A DNA stretch of 51,359 nucleotides from a virus (IMGVR_UViG_3300037722_000191:1-51359); one strand, 5' to 3'; counted from the first letter of the stretch, positions 42,654 through 51,192 are shown. Numbers and translations: made by a program. The notes: generated from the sequence alone by a model not told the origin.

Positions 42654-45600
42654 GCAGCACAGGTCAGGCAATTGGAGGCACCCTTGGCGCCATAGCGGGA
42701 TTCGTCCTAAGCGGCGGAAACCCGATGGGCGCGGTCTACGGCGCCCAGCTCGGCATGGGGGTCGGTGGCATGATCGACCCCCCGAAGGGTCCCAATATCC
42801 AGGGGCCGCGGCTCTCGGATCTGTCCGTGCAGAGCAGCACCTACGGTGCGCATATCCCGCGCGTATACGGCGCGATTGCCTCGGGGGGCAACGTCTTCTG
42901 GCTCGAGGGGGACAAGCTCAAAGAGGTCGGCAAAAAGCAAAAGTCTGGGGGCAAGGGTGGCGGGGGCGGTTCCAGCACCACGACCTACAGCTACTACGCG
43001 ACTTTTGCCGTGGGCATTTGCAAGGGGCCGATTGCGGGGGTGCGCAGGATATGGATCAGCTCGAAATTGGTTTTCGATGCCGCGGCCCCCACGGAAAGCG
43101 TGTCCCAGATCACCTCGAAGAGTGGGCAAGCATCCGCGCCGAACCCGGCGCACATTTACCTCGGCACCGAGGATCAGCAGCCGGACCCGCGCATGCAGGC
43201 GGATCGGGGCGTGGCCAATGTCTCGGCCCACCGCGGTTTGGCCTACATCGTCTTTTATGACTACCCGCTGAAAGATCATGGCAACTCCCTGCTGGGCGCT
43301 CAAGTCAAGGTCGAGGTGTGGCAGAACTCCACGGAGACGGACAACGTGCAGGTGTTTGACCTGTCGGTGTACGACACTTACCCCGAGTCCCTTGTATACA
43401 ACCCCCTGCTGAACGAGATTTGGACCCCTGATCATTCCCCGAACGGCCTCACGAGGCTGAGCGCGGACACGGGCGCGTTCATTGGGCACATATCCGCGCC
43501 AGGGCAGTGCTACAGAGCAATCAGGTATAACGCCAACAGCAAACAGGTGATTTGCGCGTCATCCTCCGGCGTCTACGTGTTTGATGCGTGGGGTGCGCAG
43601 TACATAACGTCACTGCCTATCGGCGGGTTTGACGATCTATACCTGATCGACCCCAACACCGGGGTTGGGTACTTCCCTTTGTTTTCTGGGTTCCTGAACA
43701 CGGGCCCCGGCGCGATATGGCAGGCAACAGGCGGCGCCAACCCTGGCGCCACCAATGGAACCCTGAAAAAACTCAATGCGGTTGACGGTACCCTTATCGA
43801 ACAGTACAGCATCGGCGTGGCTCCGCTGCGGATGGTGCTCGATAGTGTAGGGAGAATCTGGATGTACCGGTGGGGGGCTGACAGTGGCTGGGACGCGATA
43901 CGCCTGACGTGCTTTGACCCGAGTACGGGCTACATAACGGCCAGCTACAACCTGCCAAATAGCCTCGGGTCTCTCAACAATGATGGCATGGCGTACGACA
44001 ATGACCGTAACTCCATATGGCTGGAGTCTGGCCCCGGCATTGCAGGGACGGGGATAACCGAGTTCGATATAGACACCGGCACATTCGGATCGCCGATCAC
44101 ACTCCCGTACGTGTGGAGCGATGTGGACGCGGCTAATCCGATTGCTTACGACAGTTCGCGAAAAATGCTATGGGTGGGCGGGGTCGATGGGCATCTGATG
44201 GGGATCGATACGACCACTGGAGCGGTTCACACCATCGAGTTAGACCCAGCGTACAACTTCTGGAACATCTCTGATGTTGCGATAGTCAATGGGGATATTT
44301 GGCTGGCCAATGCCGGGGTCGGCTTGGTCGCCAAAATCTCCCCTTTTGGCATGACACTACAGACCGTCACGCAGGGCGAGATCGTGTCCGCGGAGTGCCT
44401 GCAGTCCTCGCAGCTATCGGCTTCTGACATCGACGTTACGGCGCTGACGCAGATCGTGCGCGGCTATCGCGTCACGCAAACCGGGGCGATCCGGGGGGCG
44501 CTCGATCCTCTCCAGGCGGCGTGGCCGTTCGACGCGGTGCAGGCCGGGTACAAGCTGAAGTTCATCCCGCGGGGCACGGCGCCGGTCGCGACCATCCCGG
44601 CTTCCGACTTGGACGCTCATGAGGACGGCAGTTCGCCCGGCGCGCAGATGACGGTGATCCGGGAGATGGATTCACAGCTGCCGCAGCGCCTCACGCTCAG
44701 TTATGTCGATCCGGCGCGCGAGTACGACCCGGGCGAGCAGCCCGCAGAGCGGCGCAACGTCGCGTCGATCAACGTGCGCGAGATCGAGCTACCGATCGTG
44801 CTGACAGCGACGGAAGGGGCACAGGTCGCAGAGCGGCTGCTGCGCCTGACCTGGCTGGAGCGCACCGAAGTCGGCCCGTTCCGGATACCGCCCACCTATC
44901 TTGGACTGGAGCCGGCCGACGTTGTTACGATCGTCACGGACGCCGCGTCGTATCGGGTCCGCCTCGTCTCGGTGAACTATCTCGCCGATGGTCGTTTGGA
45001 GTGCGCGGGGAAACTGGACGCCGCCGCCACGTACACCCCTGCCGCTCTCGGCGAGGAAGGCGCGAGCGTGGGCGCCCCCATCGTGTTGAAGGGTCTGACC
45101 CGCGCCGTACTGCTGGACATTCCGCTGATGCGCCAAGCGGACAACGTTCCCGGCTTCCCCGTGGCGCTCACCGGCTATCTGGCGGGATGGCCCGGGGGCA
45201 TCCTTTACCGCAGCCCGGACGCTGCGCAGACGTGGGACGCTGTGGCGACCAGCGAGCCGCCCGGCGCCACCATCGGAACCGCCACCAACAGCATCGGCAC
45301 GGGCCGCACTGACATCATCGACACCGCCTCGGCGCTGGCCGTGAGCCCGGTCAGCGGATCGGAGCTGAGCAGCGTCACGGAGCTGCATCTCTTTGAGGGC
45401 AGCAACCTATTTGCCTACGGCGCCAATGGTCGGTGGGAAATCCTGGGGGCGCGGGACTGCACGCAGCAGATCGACGGGTCCTGGGTGCTGACGAACCTGC
45501 TGCGCGGGCGCTTCGGCACGGAGTGGGCAATGACCTTGCACGCCACCGGCGACATGCTGGTGAAGTTGAGCGTGGACGATCTGAGCTTCATCAGCGTCGA

Positions 45601-46042
45601 GTCGAGCATGATCGGGGCGTCGCGGCTCTATCGTGCGATCACCGCGGGCGCGAGCATCGACAGCGACACCGACGCGGCGTTCGCCTACGCCGGCGTCAAT
45701 CTGGAGTGCCTCGCGCCCGTCTATCTCAACGGCAACCGCCACCCGAGCACGAACGACTGGACGCTGACCTGGCTTCGCCGCACGCGATACGGCGGCGAGT
45801 GGCGCGATTTTGTGGATGCGACGCTCGCCGAGACGACGGAATCGTATGAAATCGAGATTTACGACAGTGCCTACACCACGCTGAAGCGCACGCTCACCGC
45901 GACCAGCGCCACGGTCGCCTACACGAGCGCACAGCAGGTCACGGACTGGGGCTCAAACCAGAGCACCCTCTACCTGAAAATCTACCAGATGTCGGATGTA
46001 GTCGGACGCGGCTACCCGCTCACCACCAGCATCACGAGGTAA
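42650..46042 (+). CDS. Tail tip / host-specificity protein (GTA megatron-like) with beta-propeller insert
   Basis: GPRL.DL.VQ.S.YG..IP..YG; A.RGLAY.VF; L.NLLRG..GTE; L.W.RR.R. Confidence 0.88.
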   Translation: MSSTGQAIGGTLGAIAGFVLSGGNPMGAVYGAQLGMGVGGMIDPPKGPNIQGPRLSDLSVQSSTYGAHIPRVYGAIASGGNVFWLEGDKLKEVGKKQKSGGKGGGGGSSTTTYSYYATFAVGICKGPIAGVRRIWISSKLVFDAAAPTESVSQITSKSGQASAPNPAHIYLGTEDQQPDPRMQADRGVANVSAHRGLAYIVFYDYPLKDHGNSLLGAQVKVEVWQNSTETDNVQVFDLSVYDTYPESLVYNPLLNEIWTPDHSPNGLTRLSADTGAFIGHISAPGQCYRAIRYNANSKQVICASSSGVYVFDAWGAQYITSLPIGGFDDLYLIDPNTGVGYFPLFSGFLNTGPGAIWQATGGANPGATNGTLKKLNAVDGTLIEQYSIGVAPLRMVLDSVGRIWMYRWGADSGWDAIRLTCFDPSTGYITASYNLPNSLGSLNNDGMAYDNDRNSIWLESGPGIAGTGITEFDIDTGTFGSPITLPYVWSDVDAANPIAYDSSRKMLWVGGVDGHLMGIDTTTGAVHTIELDPAYNFWNISDVAIVNGDIWLANAGVGLVAKISPFGMTLQTVTQGEIVSAECLQSSQLSASDIDVTALTQIVRGYRVTQTGAIRGALDPLQAAWPFDAVQAGYKLKFIPRGTAPVATIPASDLDAHEDGSSPGAQMTVIREMDSQLPQRLTLSYVDPAREYDPGEQPAERRNVASINVREIELPIVLTATEGAQVAERLLRLTWLERTEVGPFRIPPTYLGLEPADVVTIVTDAASYRVRLVSVNYLADGRLECAGKLDAAATYTPAALGEEGASVGAPIVLKGLTRAVLLDIPLMRQADNVPGFPVALTGYLAGWPGGILYRSPDAAQTWDAVATSEPPGATIGTATNSIGTGRTDIIDTASALAVSPVSGSELSSVTELHLFEGSNLFAYGANGRWEILGARDCTQQIDGSWVLTNLLRGRFGTEWAMTLHATGDMLVKLSVDDLSFISVESSMIGASRLYRAITAGASIDSDTDAAFAYAGVNLECLAPVYLNGNRHPSTNDWTLTWLRRTRYGGEWRDFVDATLAETTESYEIEIYDSAYTTLKRTLTATSATVAYTSAQQVTDWGSNQSTLYLKIYQMSDVVGRGYPLTTSITR

Positions 46043-46046
46043 CGCA

Positions 46047-46706
46047 ATGGCCGACTCCACCACCAATCTGGACGCCCTTACGCAATCGCAGAGCAGCAAA
46101 GAAGTGACCGCCAATGCCGCGTTTGACGCCATGTCGCGCGCTGCGGACCTGAAGCGTCGCGCCTCGACCTGCTCCGGGCTGACGTTCGGGTTCTACGGCA
46201 CCCCGCGCTGGTATATCAACGCGACCGCGACCGTGAAGGCCAATGGGACGGTCACGCTCACCGCATCAAGCACGCGCTACGTCGCGGCGGACCGCGCACT
46301 GGCGGTCACGGAGTCGGCGACGGCGTTCCCGGCCGACAAGCTCGCCCTGTATAAAGCCGTCACCGGCACAGCGACCGTGACGAGCTACGAGGACCACCGC
46401 GACACGCATCACCAGGTGCGATTCCTCTACGGGCGCTTCACGCTCGCCATGGCGGATGCCAACAATACGCTGACCTATGAACAGGCCATGTGCGAATCCA
46501 TGGAACTGACCGGCGCGCTCACCGCGCTGCGCGATGTCGTCGTGCCGCTGGTGCCGCGCGCTTACACCGTGTTCGCAAATACGTCTGGCGGATTCGGCGT
46601 GCGCGTCATCGGCGCGAGCGGGACCGGCATCACCGTGGCGGACGGCAAGCGGGCGATCGTGGAATGCGATGGCACGAACGTCGTCCGGATTTCTGCCGAC
46701 GTGTAA
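46047..46706 (+). CDS. Short tail fibre/accessory tail protein
   Basis: Q..KEVT.N..FD N-terminus; C-terminal V.CDGTNV. Confidence 0.7.
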   Translation: MADSTTNLDALTQSQSSKEVTANAAFDAMSRAADLKRRASTCSGLTFGFYGTPRWYINATATVKANGTVTLTASSTRYVAADRALAVTESATAFPADKLALYKAVTGTATVTSYEDHRDTHHQVRFLYGRFTLAMADANNTLTYEQAMCESMELTGALTALRDVVVPLVPRAYTVFANTSGGFGVRVIGASGTGITVADGKRAIVECDGTNVVRISADV

Positions 46707-46823
46707 TCCCGGCTTCCCGGCTTCCCGGCATATCGCACCAGCCGCGAGGCGTTCGCGCGCGTCGCGCATGATTTCGACCACCCACAGGTAAGCACCGTGA
46801 CCCTTCCTGACAGGACATCAGAC

Positions 46824-47048
46824 ATGGACGTAGTGATCAAGGCATCGGCCGCAACCGGCTACACGGCGGCAGGGGGGACCGTGATCCTCGGGCTCACGAC
46901 CAACGAATTCGCGGCGCTCGGCGGCCTGATCGTCGCGGTGGTTGCCTTCGTGGTCAATGCCAGCATGAACTTCTGGTTCCGGCGCGAGCACCTGAAACTC
47001 GCACAGAAGCGCGCCGAGCAAGGCAAGCCGGCGCAGGACGAGGAGTAG
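46824..47048 (+). CDS. Holin
   Basis: Two hydrophobic segments, N.WFRRE charged tail; start of lysis cassette. Confidence 0.75.
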   Translation: MDVVIKASAATGYTAAGGTVILGLTTNEFAALGGLIVAVVAFVVNASMNFWFRREHLKLAQKRAEQGKPAQDEE

Positions 47049-47052
47049 CGCC

Positions 47053-47406
47053 ATGAGCGCCTACAACTGTCTCGGCGACGCGCTCGACCGCTGGCACACC
47101 CGGCACGGCTACATCGTGTTCCGCACCTCGGAGCACGCATGGAGCGAGGCGCAGCCGCGCTGGGTGTTGCCGCACGCGATGCACATCGACACCGCCGGGC
47201 GGCTCACGAGCTACGTGCCGCACGGCGAGCTGCCGCACCCGCTGCATGCGCTCTTCCCGGGCTTTGAGGGGCGCGTGCTCGACCATGATCCGGCCCCGGC
47301 GCCCCCCATGCCGTTGCGCGGGATCGTGATCGGGTCGTGGCTGCTCGCCATCGGCGCGACGTGCTGGGCGGTAGGCGTGCTGTGGCGCCGGTGGAGGGGT
47401 AAATGA
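47053..47406 (+). CDS. Hypothetical protein with C-terminal TM segment
   Basis: GGAG SD; between holin and endolysin. Confidence 0.6.
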   Translation: MSAYNCLGDALDRWHTRHGYIVFRTSEHAWSEAQPRWVLPHAMHIDTAGRLTSYVPHGELPHPLHALFPGFEGRVLDHDPAPAPPMPLRGIVIGSWLLAIGATCWAVGVLWRRWRGK

Positions 47407-47870
47407 TCCCGCCGCGTATCGCCATTGCGGCGCTGACGCTGTCGGCGTCCGCCTTGGTCGGCATTGCGCTGCACGAGGGATATTCGCCCGTCGCCTACGT
47501 CCCCGTTGCCGGCGACCGGCCGACGCTCGGGTTTGGCGACGCGCAAGGGGTGAAGCCGGGCGACAAGACGACGCCGGTGCGCGCCCTTATTCGGCTCAAT
47601 GCGCAAGCCGAATCGTTCCAGCGCGAACTTCGCGCCTGCATCGGGGACGTGCCCATGCATCAACACGAGTGGGATTCCATCGTGTCGTGGGCGTTCAACG
47701 TGGGCAGCAAGGCGGCGTGCGACTCGACGCTGGTGAAGAAGCTCAAGGCGGGCGACTACACGGGCATGTGCGCCGAGCTGCTACGGTGGGATCGATTCCA
47801 GGGGCGGCGTCTGGCGGGCCTGACCAAGCGCCGGCAGGCCGAGCACGCGAAGTGCATCGGGGCGCAATGA
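47403..47870 (+). CDS. Endolysin (GH24 lysozyme, SAR-type N-terminus)
   Basis: Hydrophobic N-term then HEG....Y....D.PT.GFG; FNVG...C.STL.KKL; GL..RR..E...C. Confidence 0.92.
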   Translation: MIPPRIAIAALTLSASALVGIALHEGYSPVAYVPVAGDRPTLGFGDAQGVKPGDKTTPVRALIRLNAQAESFQRELRACIGDVPMHQHEWDSIVSWAFNVGSKAACDSTLVKKLKAGDYTGMCAELLRWDRFQGRRLAGLTKRRQAEHAKCIGAQ

Positions 47871-48055
47871 TGGACGCCCGCCTGCTCGACACCGTCTCGA
47901 TCATCACCGCACTGGTGCTGCTGCCCATGGTCGGCGTCTCGGCCTACGCCTACATCAGCGGGGCGCTCACCTTCACCGAGTATGCCGCCATGTGGCGCGA
48001 GCCGCTGGCCCTGCTGCTCGGATTCTGGCTGCGCGGCGTGAAGAACGACGCATGA
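47867..48055 (+). CDS. Small two-TM membrane protein
   Basis: Hydrophobic; ATGA overlaps. Confidence 0.6.
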   Translation: MMDARLLDTVSIITALVLLPMVGVSAYAYISGALTFTEYAAMWREPLALLLGFWLRGVKNDA

Positions 48056-48231
48056 CCGCCCCCGTCACCCTGCCGCCCCCGCCGCGCTGCCTCGATTGCC
48101 GCAACTGCGACGCCCGGACGGTTGGCGGCCAGCAGCGTCTCATGTGCCGCGACGGGCACCTGTTGCACCCGGAATGCGCGTGGTTTTTGCTGCGCAGGCC
48201 ATCGATCGCCGTTGAACGCAGGAGGATGTGA
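48052..48231 (+). CDS. Small Cys-rich protein
   Basis: CLDC.NC...C...C; ATGA coupling. Confidence 0.5.
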   Translation: MTAPVTLPPPPRCLDCRNCDARTVGGQQRLMCRDGHLLHPECAWFLLRRPSIAVERRRM

Positions 48232-48359
48232 TGGACTTGAACCAAGCAGTGATGTGGTGGCCCGAGTTTTTCGCGCAGTTCGTGCGCAGCGTCGTTGCGC
48301 CCGAGCCGCTCTCGAAAAAGAACACCGAATTGAAGACCCCCGCACCGAAGGAGTTGTGA
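48231..48359 (+). CDS. Small hypothetical protein (42 aa)
   Basis: AGGAGG SD; TGATG coupling. Confidence 0.45.
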   Translation: MDLNQAVMWWPEFFAQFVRSVVAPEPLSKKNTELKTPAPKEL

Positions 48360-48360
48360 T

Positions 48361-48756
48361 GTGTCCCGCCTATATGCTGTGGCCGCTTGCGTTCTATTCG
48401 CACTGGTGTCTCTCGGCCTGGCAGGCTGGGGAGGCTATGCGTTTCGCGATGCTCAGTGCCGTGCGGCAGCGGCCACCGTGCGAGCGGACACTGCGGACGC
48501 CCTTGCTGTCCTTGCACGTCAGTACGCTCAAGCCGACGCCGAAGCCACTGCCGCACGAGCGCAGGCCCGGCGACTATCTCAAAGCCGTCTGAAGGGGCGC
48601 CAGGATGAAATCCGCGCTGCGCCTGCTCGCGATTGCGGCTGGAGCGAGTCTGAATACCGCGTGTTACACGGTGCCTATTGCGACCGCACCCCTACCGCCC
48701 CCGGGTGTGTGCCTGATGCGCTGCGACACGATGGCGGAGCCGCCAAGGCCCCGTGA
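48361..48756 (+). CDS. i-spanin (Rz-like)
   Basis: N-terminal TM, Ala-rich coiled coil, C-terminal Cys; AAGGAG SD. Confidence 0.75.
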   Translation: MSRLYAVAACVLFALVSLGLAGWGGYAFRDAQCRAAAATVRADTADALAVLARQYAQADAEATAARAQARRLSQSRLKGRQDEIRAAPARDCGWSESEYRVLHGAYCDRTPTAPGCVPDALRHDGGAAKAP

Positions 48757-48865
48757 CGACCTCGGCCGCAAACTGTGGGAGTTGCAGGCGATCGATGACT
48801 ACGCCAACTGCGCCGCGCTGCATGACGAGTGCGCCGACCTGTCGCTGCAGAGGATGCAGCGGTAG
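48605..48865 (+). CDS. o-spanin (Rz1-like lipoprotein), overlapped type
   Basis: Signal peptide with LNTAC lipobox; Pro-rich; overlaps Rz in another frame. Confidence 0.78.
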   Translation: MKSALRLLAIAAGASLNTACYTVPIATAPLPPPGVCLMRCDTMAEPPRPRDDLGRKLWELQAIDDYANCAALHDECADLSLQRMQR

Positions 48866-48871
48866 CGGCTA

Positions 48872-49099
48872 CTAGTCCTGTCTGTCGCGAAGGCGGTCGC
48901 GCAGGGCCGAGTCTGGCATGCGCAGGGCGATCGATTCGCGCGCGTCACGGCAAGCCGCTTCCCGCGCCGGCGCTGCTGCCAGTTCCGCGCGCAGTCGATC
49001 GATCTCGTCGGCGGCTTCATGGATGGCAGCATAAGTGCCGTCATCAAGCGTGCCGAGCATACTGGCGCGAGTACTGCGCAGTCGTTCCGTGATGTCCAT
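48872..49099 (-). CDS. Small phage protein (DI.ERLR...EAADEI.RLR family)
   Basis: GGAG SD; follows integrase. Confidence 0.65.
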   Translation of the reverse strand: MDITERLRSTRASMLGTLDDGTYAAIHEAADEIDRLRAELAAAPAREAACRDARESIALRMPDSALRDRLRDRQD

Positions 49100-49125
49100 G
49101 CGGTGCTCCATAGGTTGTGGGCGCA

Positions 49126-50097
49126 TCAGTCCAACTTGTCCGCCAGATCGCCCATGTTGGGGGCGTAATAAACGTTGAGCAACGTCGACAGATCCCGATG
49201 ACCGCTCATCTTCGCCAACTCCAGCACGGGCAGCTTCTTTGACAGCCGGGTAAGCGCCTCGCGCCTCAAGTCGTGGAAGCGCAGCCCGTCGACGGCCGCC
49301 TTGGTGCGCGCCTTCGCCCACAGCGCGGAGAGCGAGGCAGGCGCCACGGCGAAGTATCCGGCCGGCAACTGCCTGACGATGCGGATGGCTTCCTTCGACA
49401 GCGGCACGTCCCGCGCGTGACCGTTCTTCGACTCCGGGATGTGCGCCACCCGCCGCTGCAGATCGATCGTCTCCGGCCGCAGCCCGCAGATCTCGCTCGC
49501 GCGCATCGCCGTTTCAACGCCGAACAGGGCCGCCGCGGCGACGCGCGCATTGACCGTCTCCAGCAACCCATCGTGGTAGCCGAGCACGTGCAGCATGGCT
49601 TCCATCTCATCCCCTTCCGGGCGCCGCTTCCTGGCCTTGCCGCCGTCCGGGCGCTTCGCTCGTGTGAATGGGTTGTCGCGTAGCCAGTGCCATTCCTTGA
49701 TCGCCACGCTGCAGGCATGGGACAGGGTGACCCATTCGCGCGCCACAGACGCGGAACTCACCTCCTGCAGCCGCTTGTCCCGCCACGCCGCCACCGATCG
49801 TTCGTCGAAGTCCGGCAGCAGCACCCGGGCGATGTCGGTGCGCTTGATGCGGTTGATGCGCATCGCCTCGGGGCGGGCGCCTTTCTTCGTCGGCGTGATC
49901 TCGCGCGCGTAGCGGTCGAGCAGGTCGGCGAACGGAATCACAGGGATCTCACCGCGACGCTCGGCGTTGAGATTGGCCTCGAACTGCGTCGCCCACGCGG
50001 TCGCCTCGCGCTTCGTCGCGAACGACTCCGACCTATCTACCCCAGCCTTGCGGACGCGCGCCCGCCATTTACTGCCGCGCTTCTCGATGACCGCCAC
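49126..50097 (-). CDS. int: Tyrosine integrase
   Basis: Arm-binding N-term (KRG.KWRA.VR..G...S.SF.TK.EA..WA); catalytic ETAMR.SEI, SKNG, HDLR, SGH, YY. Confidence 0.95.
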   Translation of the reverse strand: MAVIEKRGSKWRARVRKAGVDRSESFATKREATAWATQFEANLNAERRGEIPVIPFADLLDRYAREITPTKKGARPEAMRINRIKRTDIARVLLPDFDERSVAAWRDKRLQEVSSASVAREWVTLSHACSVAIKEWHWLRDNPFTRAKRPDGGKARKRRPEGDEMEAMLHVLGYHDGLLETVNARVAAAALFGVETAMRASEICGLRPETIDLQRRVAHIPESKNGHARDVPLSKEAIRIVRQLPAGYFAVAPASLSALWAKARTKAAVDGLRFHDLRREALTRLSKKLPVLELAKMSGHRDLSTLLNVYYAPNMGDLADKLD

Positions 50098-50123
50098 GTC
50101 GTCCCCGCAATTAAACGCTGGGC
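50098..50123 (+). repeat. 3' half of an attC-like site
   Basis: GTCCCCGC...AAAC-GCTGGGC; R box exactly complementary to GCCCAGC at 51161. Confidence 0.55.
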
Positions 50124-50431
50124 GTCAGCCGATCCATCCGCTCGATCTCGGCCAGGATCAGTGCGGCCGCCTTCACGAGGTCTCGGCGCGCATTGACTGG
50201 CTTCCACCACTTCCGCGCCCATGGCCAGCCATAAGGTGCATCGCTGCAAAGTGTCGTGTCGCCGTCAGCCAGGGCTGTAGCCGCTCCGGCGTTGATGGCA
50301 TAGTTCCCGGCCGCCCGTGCCAACTCCCCGCCGACGTGCTGGTCGTCATGTGCCGGCGTCCATCCCTCTACATCAATCTGCCGTCGCCGCTCGGCAAGTA
50401 CGTCGGTCGCTGCTTTCGTCATGTCCATCAT
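50111..50431 (-). CDS. Conserved phage protein (AERRRQ..EGW...HDD.H family), cassette A
   Basis: DVLAERRRQ...EGWTPAHDD.H..GELA.AA..YA...WPW...WWKP...RRDLVKA.ALI.AEIER.DR; AAGGAG SD. Confidence 0.85.
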   Translation of the reverse strand: MMDMTKAATDVLAERRRQIDVEGWTPAHDDQHVGGELARAAGNYAINAGAATALADGDTTLCSDAPYGWPWARKWWKPVNARRDLVKAAALILAEIERMDRLTPSV

Positions 50432-50448
50432 TTCTCCTTCGGGCCGCA

Positions 50449-50504
50449 GCCCAACTCGTCATTCCAGAGCGGACCCTGCGGGCCGCTGAATTTGGTCGTT
50501 AGCG
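50449..50504 (+). repeat. attC-like site (56 bp)
   Basis: R'' GCCCAAC, 5-nt spacer, ATTC[C]AG(AG)CGG / CCGCTGAAT, R' GTTAGCG. Confidence 0.82.
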
Positions 50505-50677
50505 GCTTGGCGCTCTTGGGCAGCGGCCTCTTCAAGATCCTGGACCGTGCGTGGCTGGCATTCACACCGCGCCGCCCAGGCGTTTGTCCCGTTCCCGTCT
50601 GCATGTTTTGCCTCGCTCGCCGTGTAGCCGTAGCCCATGCACTTCTTGCATTCCTTCTGTCGCTGTTTCCAGTCCAT
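50459..50677 (-). CDS. Small Cys-rich protein, cassette B
   Basis: CKKC.G.G...CEC; GGAG SD; reads into attC. Confidence 0.65.
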   Translation of the reverse strand: MDWKQRQKECKKCMGYGYTASEAKHADGNGTNAWAARCECQPRTVQDLEEAAAQERQAANDQIQRPAGSALE

Positions 50678-50695
50678 CGCCTGCTCCAGGTAAAG

Positions 50696-50753
50696 CCGTT
50701 ACTATGCGGTCAAATCGGACGGGCTGCGCCCGCCGTTTACCGGGCCGTTCGGC
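50696..50753 (+). repeat. attC-like site (58 bp)
   Basis: R'' CCGTTAC (degenerate), GGT[C]AAA-T-CGG..GGGC/GCCC..CCG-TTTACC, R' GTTCGGC. Confidence 0.78.
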
Positions 50754-50941
50754 GTCAGCTTCCGTTTCCGCTGTGCCGTTGCTCGATTGTTCCTGCTCGC
50801 AGCCACGCCGATGGGCTGACCGTCCGCGCTGACGAATACGAAGTCATGCACCAATCCGCAGTCACAGCAGGCAATGCGGTAAATTTCGCCGCTTGGTACC
50901 GTGAAGCCTTCGCCATCCTTCCGCTGCGTGTATCTCGCCAT
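50702..50941 (-). CDS. Small CCDCGL.H protein, cassette C gene 2
   Basis: ACCDCGLVH.F motif; reads into attC. Confidence 0.7.
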   Translation of the reverse strand: MARYTQRKDGEGFTVPSGEIYRIACCDCGLVHDFVFVSADGQPIGVAASRNNRATAQRKRKLTPNGPVNGGRSPSDLTA

Positions 50942-50946
50942 GTCGG

Positions 50947-51144
50947 CTAGTGCTTCGTCGCCAAAACAATCCCACGACGTTGCGCCTCAAGTGCGTAGGT
51001 CATCAGGCCGGCGAAACATGCTTGGTGCCACTCGGATTCTTTTTCAGCTTCGGCCGCTGCTTCAAGGTCGGCCCTGGCGCGCGCCATCGCCGCGATCAGT
51101 TCCGCGTCGTTCAAGCTGTCAAGGTGCTCTCGTACTTCGCTCAT
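50947..51144 (-). CDS. Small helical protein, cassette C gene 1
   Basis: GGAG SD; 65 aa. Confidence 0.65.
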   Translation of the reverse strand: MSEVREHLDSLNDAELIAAMARARADLEAAAEAEKESEWHQACFAGLMTYALEAQRRGIVLATKH

Positions 51145-51160
51145 TTACATCTCCAAAATC

Positions 51161-51192
51161 GCCCAGCCCGGCGCTCAAGCGGGACTGTCGTC
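51161..51192 (+). repeat. 5' half of an attC-like site
   Basis: GCCCAGC-CCGGC-GCT[C]AAG-CGGGAC; 19 nt shared with the 17.8-kb element. Confidence 0.7.

Noticed and set aside
42650-46706. Diversity-generating retroelement or shufflon acting on tail genes
   Set aside because: No reverse transcriptase, TR/VR pair or invertible repeat set seen
48359-48592. Third overprinted ORF inside Rz (MCPAYMLWPLAF...)
   Set aside because: It has TGATG coupling but no recognisable features; Rz in the other frame explains the region, so it is unsupported without conservation data
49126-50097. Integrase as an integron integrase (IntI) serving the attC sites
   Set aside because: The segment between the catalytic Lys and HxxR is short, with no IntI-specific insertion, and the protein has a phage arm-binding N-terminus; it fits the tRNA attP instead
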